Notes under the pieces: generated by a model
What the model saw: only the letters and a program-made list of their open reading frames with translations
What the model was told of the DNA's origin: nothing
Database searches by the model: none
Origin: Candidatus Eiseniibacteriota bacterium
GTDB lineage: Bacteria > Eisenbacteria > RBG-16-71-46
Direction: 5' to 3'
Assembly: GCA_031370785.1 (NCBI GenBank)
Contig: JANMQY010000058.1
Coordinates: forward strand, 78,612-142,611
Length of the DNA: 64,000 bases
In this document: piece after piece, positions 55,543 to 64,000 of the stretch
Layout of the letters: each line of letters begins with the position of its first letter
Numbering within the stretch: the first letter of the stretch is position 1
Program-made: the position numbers and the translations under genes

Positions 55543-56343
55543 ATGGAAACGGCGCAGGAGATGCAGGCGCGACCGCTCGGAATCGTGCGCGAGCCCAAGC
55601 TCCACCTGGTCGGGCGCCAGGCCCTCGATCCCGCCGCGATCGACGCGTTCTTGGGCGATCACGGCGTCACCTGGACCACCGATACCGAGGTCGGCGGCGA
55701 AGCCCTGGCCGAGATGGCCGGGCGGGTGTGCTACATGTCCTACGGCAAGGGACGCCGGACCAATCGCGAGTTCATCGAGCACATCGTCGAGGTGGGTCAC
55801 GGCTCGGTCCTGGAGCACGCGGTCTGGAGCTTCGTCATCACCGGCGTGTCCCGCTCTTTCACCCATGAGCTGATCCGCCACCGGCACTTCTCTTACTCGC
55901 AGCTCTCGCAGCGCTACGTGGACGAGTCCAGGTCGGACTTCGTCGAGCCCGACGTGATCGCCGACGACCCCGAGCTGCACGCGGTGTGGTGCGAAGCGGT
56001 GAACGCGACCCGCGCCGCCTACGACCGGCTGGTGGCGGGGCTCGAGAAGCACTTTACCGAGGTGCCCGAGAAGACCCTGCGCCGCAAGCTCGCTCGTCAG
56101 GCGGCGCGCTCGGTGCTGCCCAATGCGACCGAGACCAAGATCTTCATGACCGGCAATGCGCGCGCGCTGCGCCACTTCATCGAGTTGCGCGGAAGCGAGC
56201 ACGCCGACGTCGAGATCCGCAAGGTCGCGGTGGAGATGCTGCGCATCCTGCAGCACGAGGCGCCCGGAATCTTCGGCGACTACACGCTGGTGCCGCTCGC
56301 GGACGGCAGCCAGGCCACTCACACCGGACATCCCAAGGTGTGA
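55543..56343 (+). CDS. thyX: FAD-dependent thymidylate synthase ThyX
   Basis: The ThyX signature RHRHFSYSQLSQRY (RHR-X7-S) is present. The preferred start at 55543 has a GGGGGAG RBS; 55501 is an alternative. Confidence 0.88.
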   Translation: METAQEMQARPLGIVREPKLHLVGRQALDPAAIDAFLGDHGVTWTTDTEVGGEALAEMAGRVCYMSYGKGRRTNREFIEHIVEVGHGSVLEHAVWSFVITGVSRSFTHELIRHRHFSYSQLSQRYVDESRSDFVEPDVIADDPELHAVWCEAVNATRAAYDRLVAGLEKHFTEVPEKTLRRKLARQAARSVLPNATETKIFMTGNARALRHFIELRGSEHADVEIRKVAVEMLRILQHEAPGIFGDYTLVPLADGSQATHTGHPKV

Positions 56344-56356
56344 CGGGACGGAGCTC

Positions 56357-57175
56357 ATGAGCAGAGAGAAGCTCACCCGACGGCCGGTCACGCGCGTGAC
56401 CGGCCGTTCGCGTGAGCGGGTCGAGGACGCGGTCGCGGTCGAGGGCGCGCTCGAGATGCGCGTGGAGGGCAGGGCGCTGGCGGTCACGCTGCGCACGCCG
56501 GGCGAGGACGAGGAGCTGGTGCGGGGCTTTCTTGCCTCGGAGGGACTGATCCGCTCCTCCGCCGACCTGGCAGCGCTCGAACTGGTGAGCGCCGACTGCA
56601 CCGATCAGCCCGATCTCGCGAACGTACGGCTCGCTCCCGGTGTGTCGCTCGACTGGTCGAAGCTCGAGCGGCACTTCGCCGCGACCGCCGCATGCGGGCT
56701 GTGCGGCCGCGCGCATCTCGAATCGCTGCGCGCCGGGCTCACGCCGGTTGCGAGCGGGGCACGCTTCGCGCCTGAGGCCCTGCTCGGGCTGCCGGATCGG
56801 CTGCGCGCCGCTCAGGAGACTTTTCAGGCGACTGGCGGACTGCACGCGGCGGCGTGGTGCGAGGGAAAAGACCTCGAGGTGCGAGTCGTGCGCGAGGACG
56901 TCGGCCGCCACAATGCGGTGGACAAGATCGCCGGATGGCTCATCGAGCGGGACCGCTATCCGGCGAGCGGCGGCGCGCTGTGGGTGAGCGGGCGCGCGGG
57001 CGCCGAGATCGTGCTCAAGGCGGCGCGAGCCCGGTTTCCGGTGCTGGCCGCGGTCGGCGCGCCGAGCTCGCTGGCGGTGGATCTCGCCGAGGCGGCGGGA
57101 ATGACCCTGATCGGATTCCTGCGCGAGGGCAGAATGAACGTGTACACGGGAGTGGAGCGGGTCGAAGGAGCCTAG
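56357..57175 (+). CDS. fdhD: Formate dehydrogenase accessory sulfurtransferase FdhD
   Basis: It is FdhD-family (GRHNAVDK, conserved Cys in ACGLCG). Confidence 0.88.
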   Translation: MSREKLTRRPVTRVTGRSRERVEDAVAVEGALEMRVEGRALAVTLRTPGEDEELVRGFLASEGLIRSSADLAALELVSADCTDQPDLANVRLAPGVSLDWSKLERHFAATAACGLCGRAHLESLRAGLTPVASGARFAPEALLGLPDRLRAAQETFQATGGLHAAAWCEGKDLEVRVVREDVGRHNAVDKIAGWLIERDRYPASGGALWVSGRAGAEIVLKAARARFPVLAAVGAPSSLAVDLAEAAGMTLIGFLREGRMNVYTGVERVEGA

Positions 57176-58521
57176 TGACCCGCGCGCCCAGGGTGGCCGG
57201 TCTGATCGTCGCCAGTCCCGGCGGAGGCGTGCGCCCTGGGCCGCGCGTTCCACAGCGCGAGCATCAGCACCCCGCCGAGTGCGGCAAAGCCGATCATGCT
57301 CGGCGCCCAGGCATCCCAGCCGAAGCGGTCGAGCAGCCAGCCCATGCCGAAGCCGGTGAGCGAGCCCCCGATGTACTGCATCCCGTCGAACATTCCCGCC
57401 GCACTGGCGGCGGCGCGCTTGCCGCCGAAGTCCATCGAGGCGGTGCCGGAGAGCATCGAGTGCACCATCGAGATCGCCATCGAGTTGACCGCGAACGCGG
57501 TGATCAGCATGGGCAGCGAGGGGTGGTGCCAGATCACCCACAGGCACGCCGAGATGAGCACGTACCCGATGAACGCCACCGGCGGGCGGCGTGAGCCGAA
57601 CACCCAGTCCGAGAGCGTTCCGGCGACGAAGGCGCCGAGGATTCCGGCGAGCACGACCGCGAGCGCGCCGGTCTTGAAGATCGGATTGTCGAGCTTCAGG
57701 CCCTGCGCCTCCTGCATGTAGCGCGGGAACCACTCTTCGAATCCCTTGCGCACGAGGCCGGTGCAGAACTCGGCCGCCGCGATCGTGATCGCGATCGGAT
57801 TTGTGAACACCTTGCGCGCGACGTAGCCGAGCGTGACCTTCTCGGTGTCGCCGCTGGTCGCATCCTGCGGGTCGAAATCGGCGAGTCCCGCATCGGACGG
57901 CGAATCGCGCACGACCAGGAAGGTCATGACCGCCATCACCGCCACCGCGATCGCTGGCAGGAAGAACCTCCATTGCCACGGCAGCGCCACGACGAACGAC
58001 GCGGTGAGCAGCGCGAATACGGCGGCGCGCCCGCTCTGGATCATGGAGCCGAAGATCGCCGAGAAAACACCGCGTTCGCTGACGTGAAACCAGCCGGCGT
58101 TTACCTTGATGAGCGCGAGCGCGCTGTACGACTGGAAGTACATGTTCAGCGTCCACACCGTCGCGAAGTATCCGAGCAGCAGCGGGCCGGTGCCGAGGAA
58201 CCCGAGGTAGGCGCCCAGCCCGAACATCACGTTGAACACGAACGCGCCGCACGCGCCGATCAGCATGGCGCGGCGCCCGCCGAATCGATCGGCGATCGGA
58301 CCGTTGAACAGGGCGGAGATGCCGTAGATCAACGTCGCGGTCGAGATGATCGCGCCGATCTGGGTCTTGCTCCAGCCGTAGGTGTCCGACAGCGACTTGT
58401 TCGCGAACGAGAAGTTGTACCGCGCCATGTACATCGCGGCGTAGGTCAGGCCGAGCACCAGCCAGTTCTGGGTGCGGCGCAGGTGAAACGCGGGACTGTG
58501 GTCGGGACGGGCCAGGGCCAT
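57172..58521 (-). CDS. MFS transporter (organophosphate:Pi antiporter / sugar-phosphate-like)
   Basis: It has 12 TM helices and MFS motifs and resembles the GlpT/UhpC family. Confidence 0.8.
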   Translation of the reverse strand: MALARPDHSPAFHLRRTQNWLVLGLTYAAMYMARYNFSFANKSLSDTYGWSKTQIGAIISTATLIYGISALFNGPIADRFGGRRAMLIGACGAFVFNVMFGLGAYLGFLGTGPLLLGYFATVWTLNMYFQSYSALALIKVNAGWFHVSERGVFSAIFGSMIQSGRAAVFALLTASFVVALPWQWRFFLPAIAVAVMAVMTFLVVRDSPSDAGLADFDPQDATSGDTEKVTLGYVARKVFTNPIAITIAAAEFCTGLVRKGFEEWFPRYMQEAQGLKLDNPIFKTGALAVVLAGILGAFVAGTLSDWVFGSRRPPVAFIGYVLISACLWVIWHHPSLPMLITAFAVNSMAISMVHSMLSGTASMDFGGKRAAASAAGMFDGMQYIGGSLTGFGMGWLLDRFGWDAWAPSMIGFAALGGVLMLALWNARPRAHASAGTGDDQTGHPGRAGH

Positions 58522-58714
58522 GCGCTCTCCTCGTCAGGTGCGAACCGAAGCCATCCGGCAGGGGGGCAGCGTGAACCCGAGCTTCTTACCCCGTGAACCC
58601 TGCGGGGTCAAGGATGTAGCATGCGGGCCTCGTCTCGCGACGCCCGATCCTCCCCCACGTCGTGACGACCGCTGCCCGCGGTCGCTCCCGGTGCGGGTCC
58701 CCGCGAGGCCGCGC

Positions 58715-59482
58715 TCAGGCTCCGAGGCGCTCCCGGAGCACACGCGCCCGTGCCCGGCTCACCGGCACCTCGCTGCGCGCTGCGTCGCGCATCTGCAGCC
58801 GCCACGTGCCCGCGAAGCCCGGGCGCAGGGCTGCCGCCCAGTCCAGGTTCGCGATCGCTGCCCGGTGCACGCGCACGAAGCGCGCGGGGTCGAGGCGCTT
58901 CTCCAACTGGTCGAGGGTGAAGTGCACGTAGTGCCGGTTACCCTCGACCGCGGCGAACACCAGCTTTTCCTCGGCGCCGAACCACAGCACCTCGTCGATC
59001 TTGAGGATCAGCTGCTTCGCGCCGAGGCGCACGGTCAGGCGCTCGAGGTGAGGCGAGCGTCCGGCGTCGAGTCCGCCGAGCAGCGCGGCCAGCCGGCGCG
59101 ACAGCTCCTCCGGGCGGGCCAGGTCGGTGCGCGCGCGCTCGACCGCCTCGGTGAGGCGCTCGCGACGGTAGGGCTTGAGCAGGTAGTCGACCGCGTTCTC
59201 TTCGAACGCGCGCACCGCGTAGTGATCGTAGGCGGTGACGAACACCACCGCCGGGCGGGGGATAAGACTCTCGAGCAGCGCGAAGCCGTCCTCGCCCGGC
59301 ATCTGGATGTCGAGCAGCAGCAGGTGCGGATGCGTGGTGGCGACCACTCGGCGCGCCTCTTCGGCCGAGCCGGCTTCGCCGGCCACCGTCACCCCGGGCA
59401 GGTCGATGAGCAGTCGGCGGGCGCGGGCCCGCGCCAGCGGCTCATCGTCCACGATCACCAGCCGAAGCTCGTTTCCACTCAT
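58715..59482 (-). CDS. LytTR-family response regulator
   Basis: It has a REC domain (LVIVDDE..LLLLDIQMP) and a C-terminal LytTR DNA-binding domain. Confidence 0.9.
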   Translation of the reverse strand: MSGNELRLVIVDDEPLARARARRLLIDLPGVTVAGEAGSAEEARRVVATTHPHLLLLDIQMPGEDGFALLESLIPRPAVVFVTAYDHYAVRAFEENAVDYLLKPYRRERLTEAVERARTDLARPEELSRRLAALLGGLDAGRSPHLERLTVRLGAKQLILKIDEVLWFGAEEKLVFAAVEGNRHYVHFTLDQLEKRLDPARFVRVHRAAIANLDWAAALRPGFAGTWRLQMRDAARSEVPVSRARARVLRERLGA

Positions 59483-59492
59483 CCGCGCAGCA

Positions 59493-61709
59493 TTACCACG
59501 TCAGTGCGACGCCGGCCACGAGGAAGCGGCGGCTGAAGTAGGAGTCACGCGTGTAGCGCCGACTGTAGTCGCTGTTGTACACGTACTCGAGCGGATTGCG
59601 GATGGCGAGCACGTTTATGGCTTCGACGTAGGCGGCGCACACGCTGCTCGCCGGCATTCCGGCGCCTCTGGGCAACGAGAACAGGCGGGTGGCCCGCACG
59701 TCGAGCCGATGATAGTCGGGCATCGGGGCCGAGTTGTGCTCGCCGAACACCGGCCGCCAGATCGCGCGTGCGGGATCCCAGGTTCGATCCACGACCGGCG
59801 TCCAGGGACGGCCGGTCGAGAATCCGTAGCGCGCGCCCACCTGCCACGCCGAGGTGAGCTGGCACTGACTGACCAGCGTCACGCTGTGCTTGACGCCCCA
59901 CGCGGTGGGCACCTCGTGCGGATCGTCCAGTTCCTTGCGCCGCGCATCCAGATATCCGTAGGAGACCCATCCCGAAAGCGAACGCCAGGTGCCGCGGGTG
60001 AACACGTCGAGCCCGCGCGCGTACCCGGTGCCGCGATTGGCGTAGTAGCTGGTCGAGTCGTTGGTCACCAGGCCGTGATAGTCCTTGCGGTATGCTTCGA
60101 TCCGCACGTTGCCGAACTCGCTCAGCCACTCGTAGCCCGCGATCACGTGATCCGCGGCCATCGGGCTGAGGTCGGGATTGCCGTAGACCGGATCGAGATA
60201 GCGCACGTTGGCGAGCTGATGGTAGCGGCCGGTGGCCACGCGCACGGTCTGGTGCTCGTCCACGCGCCATGCGATCGCCGCGCGCGGATCGGCGGTCCAC
60301 ACTCCGGGCAGCGAGGCGTAGTCGAAGCGTCCGCCGAGCGTCGCGTAGAACGGGCCCCACACCCGTAGCTTGTCCTCGAGGTAGACGCCCGGGTGGTCCA
60401 CCGAGGGGTGGGTGTTCAGGGTCCGGGTCGGCGCGCCGCTGCCGTAGTCGGTGCTGTCCGCCCCGACCGTGCCGAGGTTCTCGTGCTCGGTGCGTCCGAG
60501 GTTCAAGCCGAACGACAGCTCGTGCCGCGAATTCACCGGCCATACCGCGTCGAGATTGCCCTGCGCCACGCGCTCGACCTCATCGCCGCCGAACGACGCG
60601 AAGCTCCACGCGGTGTGATAGCGCTGGAGCGACGCCTGTCCGCGCAATGCCACCCTGCCGAGCAGGGCGTCCGAGAACTGGAGCGCTCCGAACCGATTGC
60701 GTGCCCGCCCGGAATAGAGGCCCTTGAAGTTGAGTACATTGGCCTGAAGCGCGGTGTGGTCCCCGGAGTCCAGCCAGGTGAAGGAGAGCTTGCCGCTCTT
60801 CGAATACCGATAGAGCAGCCGGCCTGCCGCATCGTCGCTGGTCGGGGCCTCTTCGTATTCGGTGGCGGAGCCGTAGAGCTTGAACAGCACCGCCGGATAG
60901 CTGTGGCGGATCGAGGCGATCAGCGAGAGCCGGTCGGGGATCAGCGCCCAGCTGGTGGAGAGCCCCGAGCCGACCACGTTCGCGCTCAAGGAAACGGTCT
61001 TGAGATTGAAGGGATCCTGCGTCTCCACGTCGAGCACGCCCGAGAGCACGCCCCCGTACTTGGCCGAGAAGCCGCCGCTCGAGAAGAATGCGCTCTTGAT
61101 CATGTATGCATCGAGCGTGCTGAACAGGCCGCCCGAGGCGCGCTCGTAATGGTAGGGGTGCCCGATCGAGCCGCCGTCGAGGCGGATCAGGGTTTCCTCG
61201 GGCTTGCCGCCGCGCACGTAGAGCGCCGCGCCTTCGGTCGGCGCGTTGATGCCGGGCAGTGCCCTCAACGACTGGAACAGGTCGGCCGCACCGCCCGGGG
61301 TGGTATAGATGTCCATGCGCCGCAGCGTCGCGCCTTCGCTCTTTCCCGTCCTGCCAAAGCTCGAGGCGGCGACCGTGACTTCAGAGAGCTCGACCGGCTG
61401 CTCGCGCAGGGTCACGCGCAGCTCAGGTGTGCCTTCGGCCACGACGATGTTGAGCCGCCGCGCCTCGTAGCCCATCTCGCTCACCACCAGCTGGGTCTGG
61501 CCCGCCGGCAGGTCGAGGGTGAAACGGCCGTGCTCGTCGGTCGAAGTGCCCTGCCTGTAGGCGGGCGCGGCCACGGTCGCGAGCTCGACCGGCTTGCCCG
61601 CCGCGTCCACCACGACGCCAGTGACGCGCGCTGCCCGGGCTGCGCCGGCCGCGGCGCTCAGCGCGATGGCGCCGGCGAGCGCCCACCGGGCGACCCGAAA
61701 CGATCTCAC
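59493..61709 (-). CDS. TonB-dependent receptor with N-terminal carboxypeptidase-regulatory-like domain
   Basis: It has a signal peptide, a CarbopepD_reg-like N-domain, a plug, and a barrel ending in aromatic residues (VALTW). Confidence 0.88.
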   Translation of the reverse strand: MRSFRVARWALAGAIALSAAAGAARAARVTGVVVDAAGKPVELATVAAPAYRQGTSTDEHGRFTLDLPAGQTQLVVSEMGYEARRLNIVVAEGTPELRVTLREQPVELSEVTVAASSFGRTGKSEGATLRRMDIYTTPGGAADLFQSLRALPGINAPTEGAALYVRGGKPEETLIRLDGGSIGHPYHYERASGGLFSTLDAYMIKSAFFSSGGFSAKYGGVLSGVLDVETQDPFNLKTVSLSANVVGSGLSTSWALIPDRLSLIASIRHSYPAVLFKLYGSATEYEEAPTSDDAAGRLLYRYSKSGKLSFTWLDSGDHTALQANVLNFKGLYSGRARNRFGALQFSDALLGRVALRGQASLQRYHTAWSFASFGGDEVERVAQGNLDAVWPVNSRHELSFGLNLGRTEHENLGTVGADSTDYGSGAPTRTLNTHPSVDHPGVYLEDKLRVWGPFYATLGGRFDYASLPGVWTADPRAAIAWRVDEHQTVRVATGRYHQLANVRYLDPVYGNPDLSPMAADHVIAGYEWLSEFGNVRIEAYRKDYHGLVTNDSTSYYANRGTGYARGLDVFTRGTWRSLSGWVSYGYLDARRKELDDPHEVPTAWGVKHSVTLVSQCQLTSAWQVGARYGFSTGRPWTPVVDRTWDPARAIWRPVFGEHNSAPMPDYHRLDVRATRLFSLPRGAGMPASSVCAAYVEAINVLAIRNPLEYVYNSDYSRRYTRDSYFSRRFLVAGVALTW

Positions 61710-62497
61710 GGCTTGACCTCAGCCGAATCCACCAGCGCCTTCTCGGCCTCAGGCAACAGGCGGGCTCGGACCCAGCCGTTGCCCGGATTGAGGGCGAGCG
61801 CCTTGGAAAAGTCCTCACGCGCCGAGGCGTAGTCCTTGCGCATCATCGCGGCGCGTCCCGCCCACAGGAACGCGTCGTCGTGTCCCCAGTCGGGAGCGGC
61901 CGAATCGGCGCTCGAGTCGGCCGCGGCCAGCGCGGCGGCGCGGTCGAGCGTTTCTCCCGCGGGCACGGCGCCACCGCCAAACCGCTCGGGCTTGTTGAGC
62001 GTGCCGAGCCCGTCGAGCAGCCACACCCGCGGGCTGTTCGGGGCCAGCGTGATCGCGCGACGCGTGTTGGCCACGCTCTGCGGCCCGAGCGTCATCATCG
62101 ATCCGGGCTCGAACTGGATCGACATGCCCTGCAGGCCACCCTTGAGCGCGATCGCTTCGCCGAACCTGGGATCGAGCGCGATCGCCTTGTCGCAATGGTC
62201 GATCCCATCCTTGCAGTAGCGAGCCGCCTTCACCTTGTCCGTGCCGGAGAGAAACGGCGTCAGCCTCCAGTCGGCGACCGCGACCCAGTAGTGAAGCAGC
62301 GCGGAGCCGGGCTCGGCCGCAGACATCGCCTCGAAGCGCGAGCGCGCCTTCAGCATCTCGTCGGGCGCGGCGTGATTGACCGCGCTCTGCAACGCGCGCT
62401 TGGCCTCGAGCACGGCCCTGGGGTCGGCAGCACGCGCGACCGGTGCCGCGAACGCGACGCACAGGAACAGCCAGGCAAACATCGAAGAAGGACGCAT
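61706..62497 (-). CDS. Secreted TPR-like hypothetical protein
   Basis: It has a signal peptide (MFAWLFLCVAFAAPVARA) and helical-repeat-like segments. It overlaps the receptor start by 4 bp. Confidence 0.6.
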   Translation of the reverse strand: MRPSSMFAWLFLCVAFAAPVARAADPRAVLEAKRALQSAVNHAAPDEMLKARSRFEAMSAAEPGSALLHYWVAVADWRLTPFLSGTDKVKAARYCKDGIDHCDKAIALDPRFGEAIALKGGLQGMSIQFEPGSMMTLGPQSVANTRRAITLAPNSPRVWLLDGLGTLNKPERFGGGAVPAGETLDRAAALAAADSSADSAAPDWGHDDAFLWAGRAAMMRKDYASAREDFSKALALNPGNGWVRARLLPEAEKALVDSAEVKP

Positions 62498-62506
62498 GGT
62501 TCTCCT

Positions 62507-63628
62507 TTAGGGCTGCGGCGACGAGGAGGTCGCCGGAGTGGGAATGGGAAGGGTGAGGCGAATGACGGTGCCACGGTCAGCGACCGAATCGATCTCCAGC
62601 GCATGGGGCGGGCCGGCCAGCTGGATGCGCTCGCGCACCGAGCGCAGGCCAAAGCCGGTGCCCGCGGGCGCGCCTTCGCTGAAGCCCGGTCCGTCGTCGG
62701 CGATCTCGATCACCAGCGTCGGGCCCGAGCCGTTCACGCTCTCGGCGCGGCGCGCGGTGAGGCGCACGGTTCCCCCTTCGGCCCGCGGCGCGATCGCGTG
62801 ATGCACCGCGTTCTCGACCAGCGGCTGGAGCAGCAGGCTCGGGATCGAGATGTTCTCGAGGCCGGGCTCGACTTGCTCTTCGAGGCGCAGTCGATCGCGA
62901 AACCGGGTGCGCTCGATCTCGAGGTAGTCGCGTACGAACTGCAGCTCGTCGGCGAAGCGCGCGTGCTCGTGATCCGAGGCCCGCAGGGTGTAGCGGAACA
63001 CTTCGGCCAGCCGGGTGGTGGTGTCCTCGGCTCCCGAGGGATCCTCATGGATCAGCGCGGCGATGGTGTTGAGCGTGTTGAACAGGAAGTGCGGATGGAT
63101 CTGGGCGCGCAGGGCGCGCAGCTCGGCTTCGGCCAGCTCGGCGCGAATGCTCTCGACCTGGCGCGCGCGCGCCAGCGACTGGCGATGGAAGCTGACTGCG
63201 AACGAGATCCCGCTGAACAGCGCCGTGAACAGCAGCGTGAACATGCCCGAGACCAGCACCTGGCGCGCGCCGCCGAGGAAGCCGGGCTTGAGCGTGAAAT
63301 GGATGATCGCGGAGGCGATATAGGCGGGAATCAGGGCGCACGCCGCGTAGGTGATCGCGAGACGCAGCACCGGAGTCTCGCTCTCGGTGACGTCGCATGC
63401 GTAGTAGTCGCGCAGCAGGACGTAACGCGCGACCCAGAGACCCAGCCCGATCAGGTACGCAAAGACCAGCGACATCTTGTAGGCGAGGACGTAGGAGGCG
63501 AGCCCGGAGCCAAACATGGTGCCGAAGAACAGCGCGAAGGGGAACGCCCACAGTGCCTGACGCCACAGCATGTGGAGGAGCGCCATCGAGGCGGAAGGTG
63601 CGGTGGGTCGTGTCGGCTCGGGTGTCAT
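62507..63628 (-). CDS. LytS/YehU-type sensor histidine kinase (membrane-embedded sensor + His_kinase + HATPase)
   Basis: It has an N-terminal polytopic domain, the His_kinase family motif QIHPHFLFNTLN, and a HATPase domain. The start could be 63628 or 63586. Confidence 0.82.
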   Translation of the reverse strand: MTPEPTRPTAPSASMALLHMLWRQALWAFPFALFFGTMFGSGLASYVLAYKMSLVFAYLIGLGLWVARYVLLRDYYACDVTESETPVLRLAITYAACALIPAYIASAIIHFTLKPGFLGGARQVLVSGMFTLLFTALFSGISFAVSFHRQSLARARQVESIRAELAEAELRALRAQIHPHFLFNTLNTIAALIHEDPSGAEDTTTRLAEVFRYTLRASDHEHARFADELQFVRDYLEIERTRFRDRLRLEEQVEPGLENISIPSLLLQPLVENAVHHAIAPRAEGGTVRLTARRAESVNGSGPTLVIEIADDGPGFSEGAPAGTGFGLRSVRERIQLAGPPHALEIDSVADRGTVIRLTLPIPTPATSSSPQP

Positions 63629-63719
63629 GCCTGGAGTCTCGTGCGTGAAGGGAGGGAGCGCCACGCCACGCAGGATGAACGGTCGCGTGAGTGGGATGAA
63701 CGGTCCACGGAGCACAGGA

Positions 63720-64000
63720 TCAGGCCTGGGGCGCCTCGAGCACGCGCAGCACCATCACCGTGATGTCGTCCCCGGGCTCGACCCCGGCGAGGAACGAGCG
63801 CACCCCCTCGAGGATGCGGTCGACCACCTCGCGCGAGGTGAGATGCTCGGGCAGCGACTCGACCAGCGCGTACAGCCTGTCCTCGCCGAACAGGTCGCCG
63901 CTCGCGTTCGCGGCCTCGCTCACCCCGTCGGTGTAGAGCACGACGCGGTCGCCGGCGCGCAGCTCGAGGCTGTCCTCCTCGTACTCGGCGTGCTCGAGGA
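63720..64000 (-). CDS. PP2C-type (SpoIIE/RsbU-like) serine phosphatase, C-terminal end (gene continues beyond window)
   Basis: The C-terminal PP2C motif DDITVMVLRV is present. The ORF is open to the window edge. Confidence 0.6.
   Translation of the reverse strand, partial: LEHAEYEEDSLELRAGDRVVLYTDGVSEAANASGDLFGEDRLYALVESLPEHLTSREVVDRILEGVRSFLAGVEPGDDITVMVLRVLEAPQA

Noticed and set aside
1-64000. CRISPR arrays, IS elements, integrases, prophage genes
   Set aside because: No short regularly spaced direct repeats, transposase or integrase motifs, or tRNA-flanked islands were seen. GC content is uniform apart from short intergenic patches.

Overview
This is a high-GC (about 70%) bacterial chromosomal window. 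The gene set (TonB-dependent receptors, FlgD-Ig-type C-terminal sorting domain, PorV/FadL-like barrel, LytS/LytTR, Fibrobacter-like LexA box) suggests a Gemmatimonadota/FCB-group organism; this is inference. Nearly all of it is densely packed core-genome operons, many with overlapping ATGA/GTGA stop-start junctions.

- 1-5465 (+): a C-terminal fragment of a TonB-dependent receptor, then a 998-aa secreted protein with a FlgD-Ig-like (T9SS-type) C-terminal domain, then a PorV/FadL-like outer-membrane barrel.
- 5570-6838 (-): gdhA.
- 7028-10592 (-): a translationally coupled operon of a 712-aa outer-membrane beta-barrel-like protein plus two paralogous lipoproteins of unknown family.
- 11057-22549 (+): mreB-mreC-mreD-mrdA-rodA-lgt-aroE-comF-cbiM-cbiQ-cbiO-rarA.
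- 22710-26092 (+): a short MetE-like methyltransferase and a hybrid PAS/GAF histidine kinase.
- 26089-27779 (-): a radical SAM/SPASM enzyme followed by a metallophosphoesterase.
- 27927-38720 (+): apbC-iscS/nifS-pdxS-pdxT-nrnA-ccmABCDEF and a REC/HD-GYP regulator. CcmE carries a CxxxY heme-binding motif instead of His, and no ccmH/ccmG is present.
- 38866-41764 (+): a small ORF, dinB, a DUF72 gene and an arsC-family gene. A Fibrobacter-type LexA-box-like palindrome sits upstream of the small ORF.
- 41761-44261 (-): fbp and a class II aldolase.
- 44405-45658 (-): a FAD oxidoreductase.
- 45782-51424 (+): a CoxSLM-like molybdenum hydroxylase with XdhC and MocA.
- 51477-54115: a Rieske domain protein (-, 51477-51845); a LOG protein, a kynureninase-like PLP enzyme and a membrane protein (+, 51963-54115).
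- 54376-55241 (+): two tandem paralogous small proteins of about 82 aa, each its own transcription unit.
- 55543-57175 (+): thyX and fdhD.
- 57172-64000 (-): an MFS transporter, then an operon of LytS-type kinase, TPR-like periplasmic protein, TonB-dependent receptor and LytTR regulator, and a PP2C phosphatase C-terminal fragment at the window end.

No tRNA, rRNA, CRISPR array, transposase or integrase was recognised.

The candidates most worth follow-up as possibly undescribed are:
- the beta-barrel plus paralogous-lipoprotein operon (7028-10592);
- the tandem small-protein paralogs (54376-55241);
- the TonB-receptor-containing LytS/LytTR module (58715-63628);
- the radical SAM/SPASM plus phosphoesterase pair (26089-27779).
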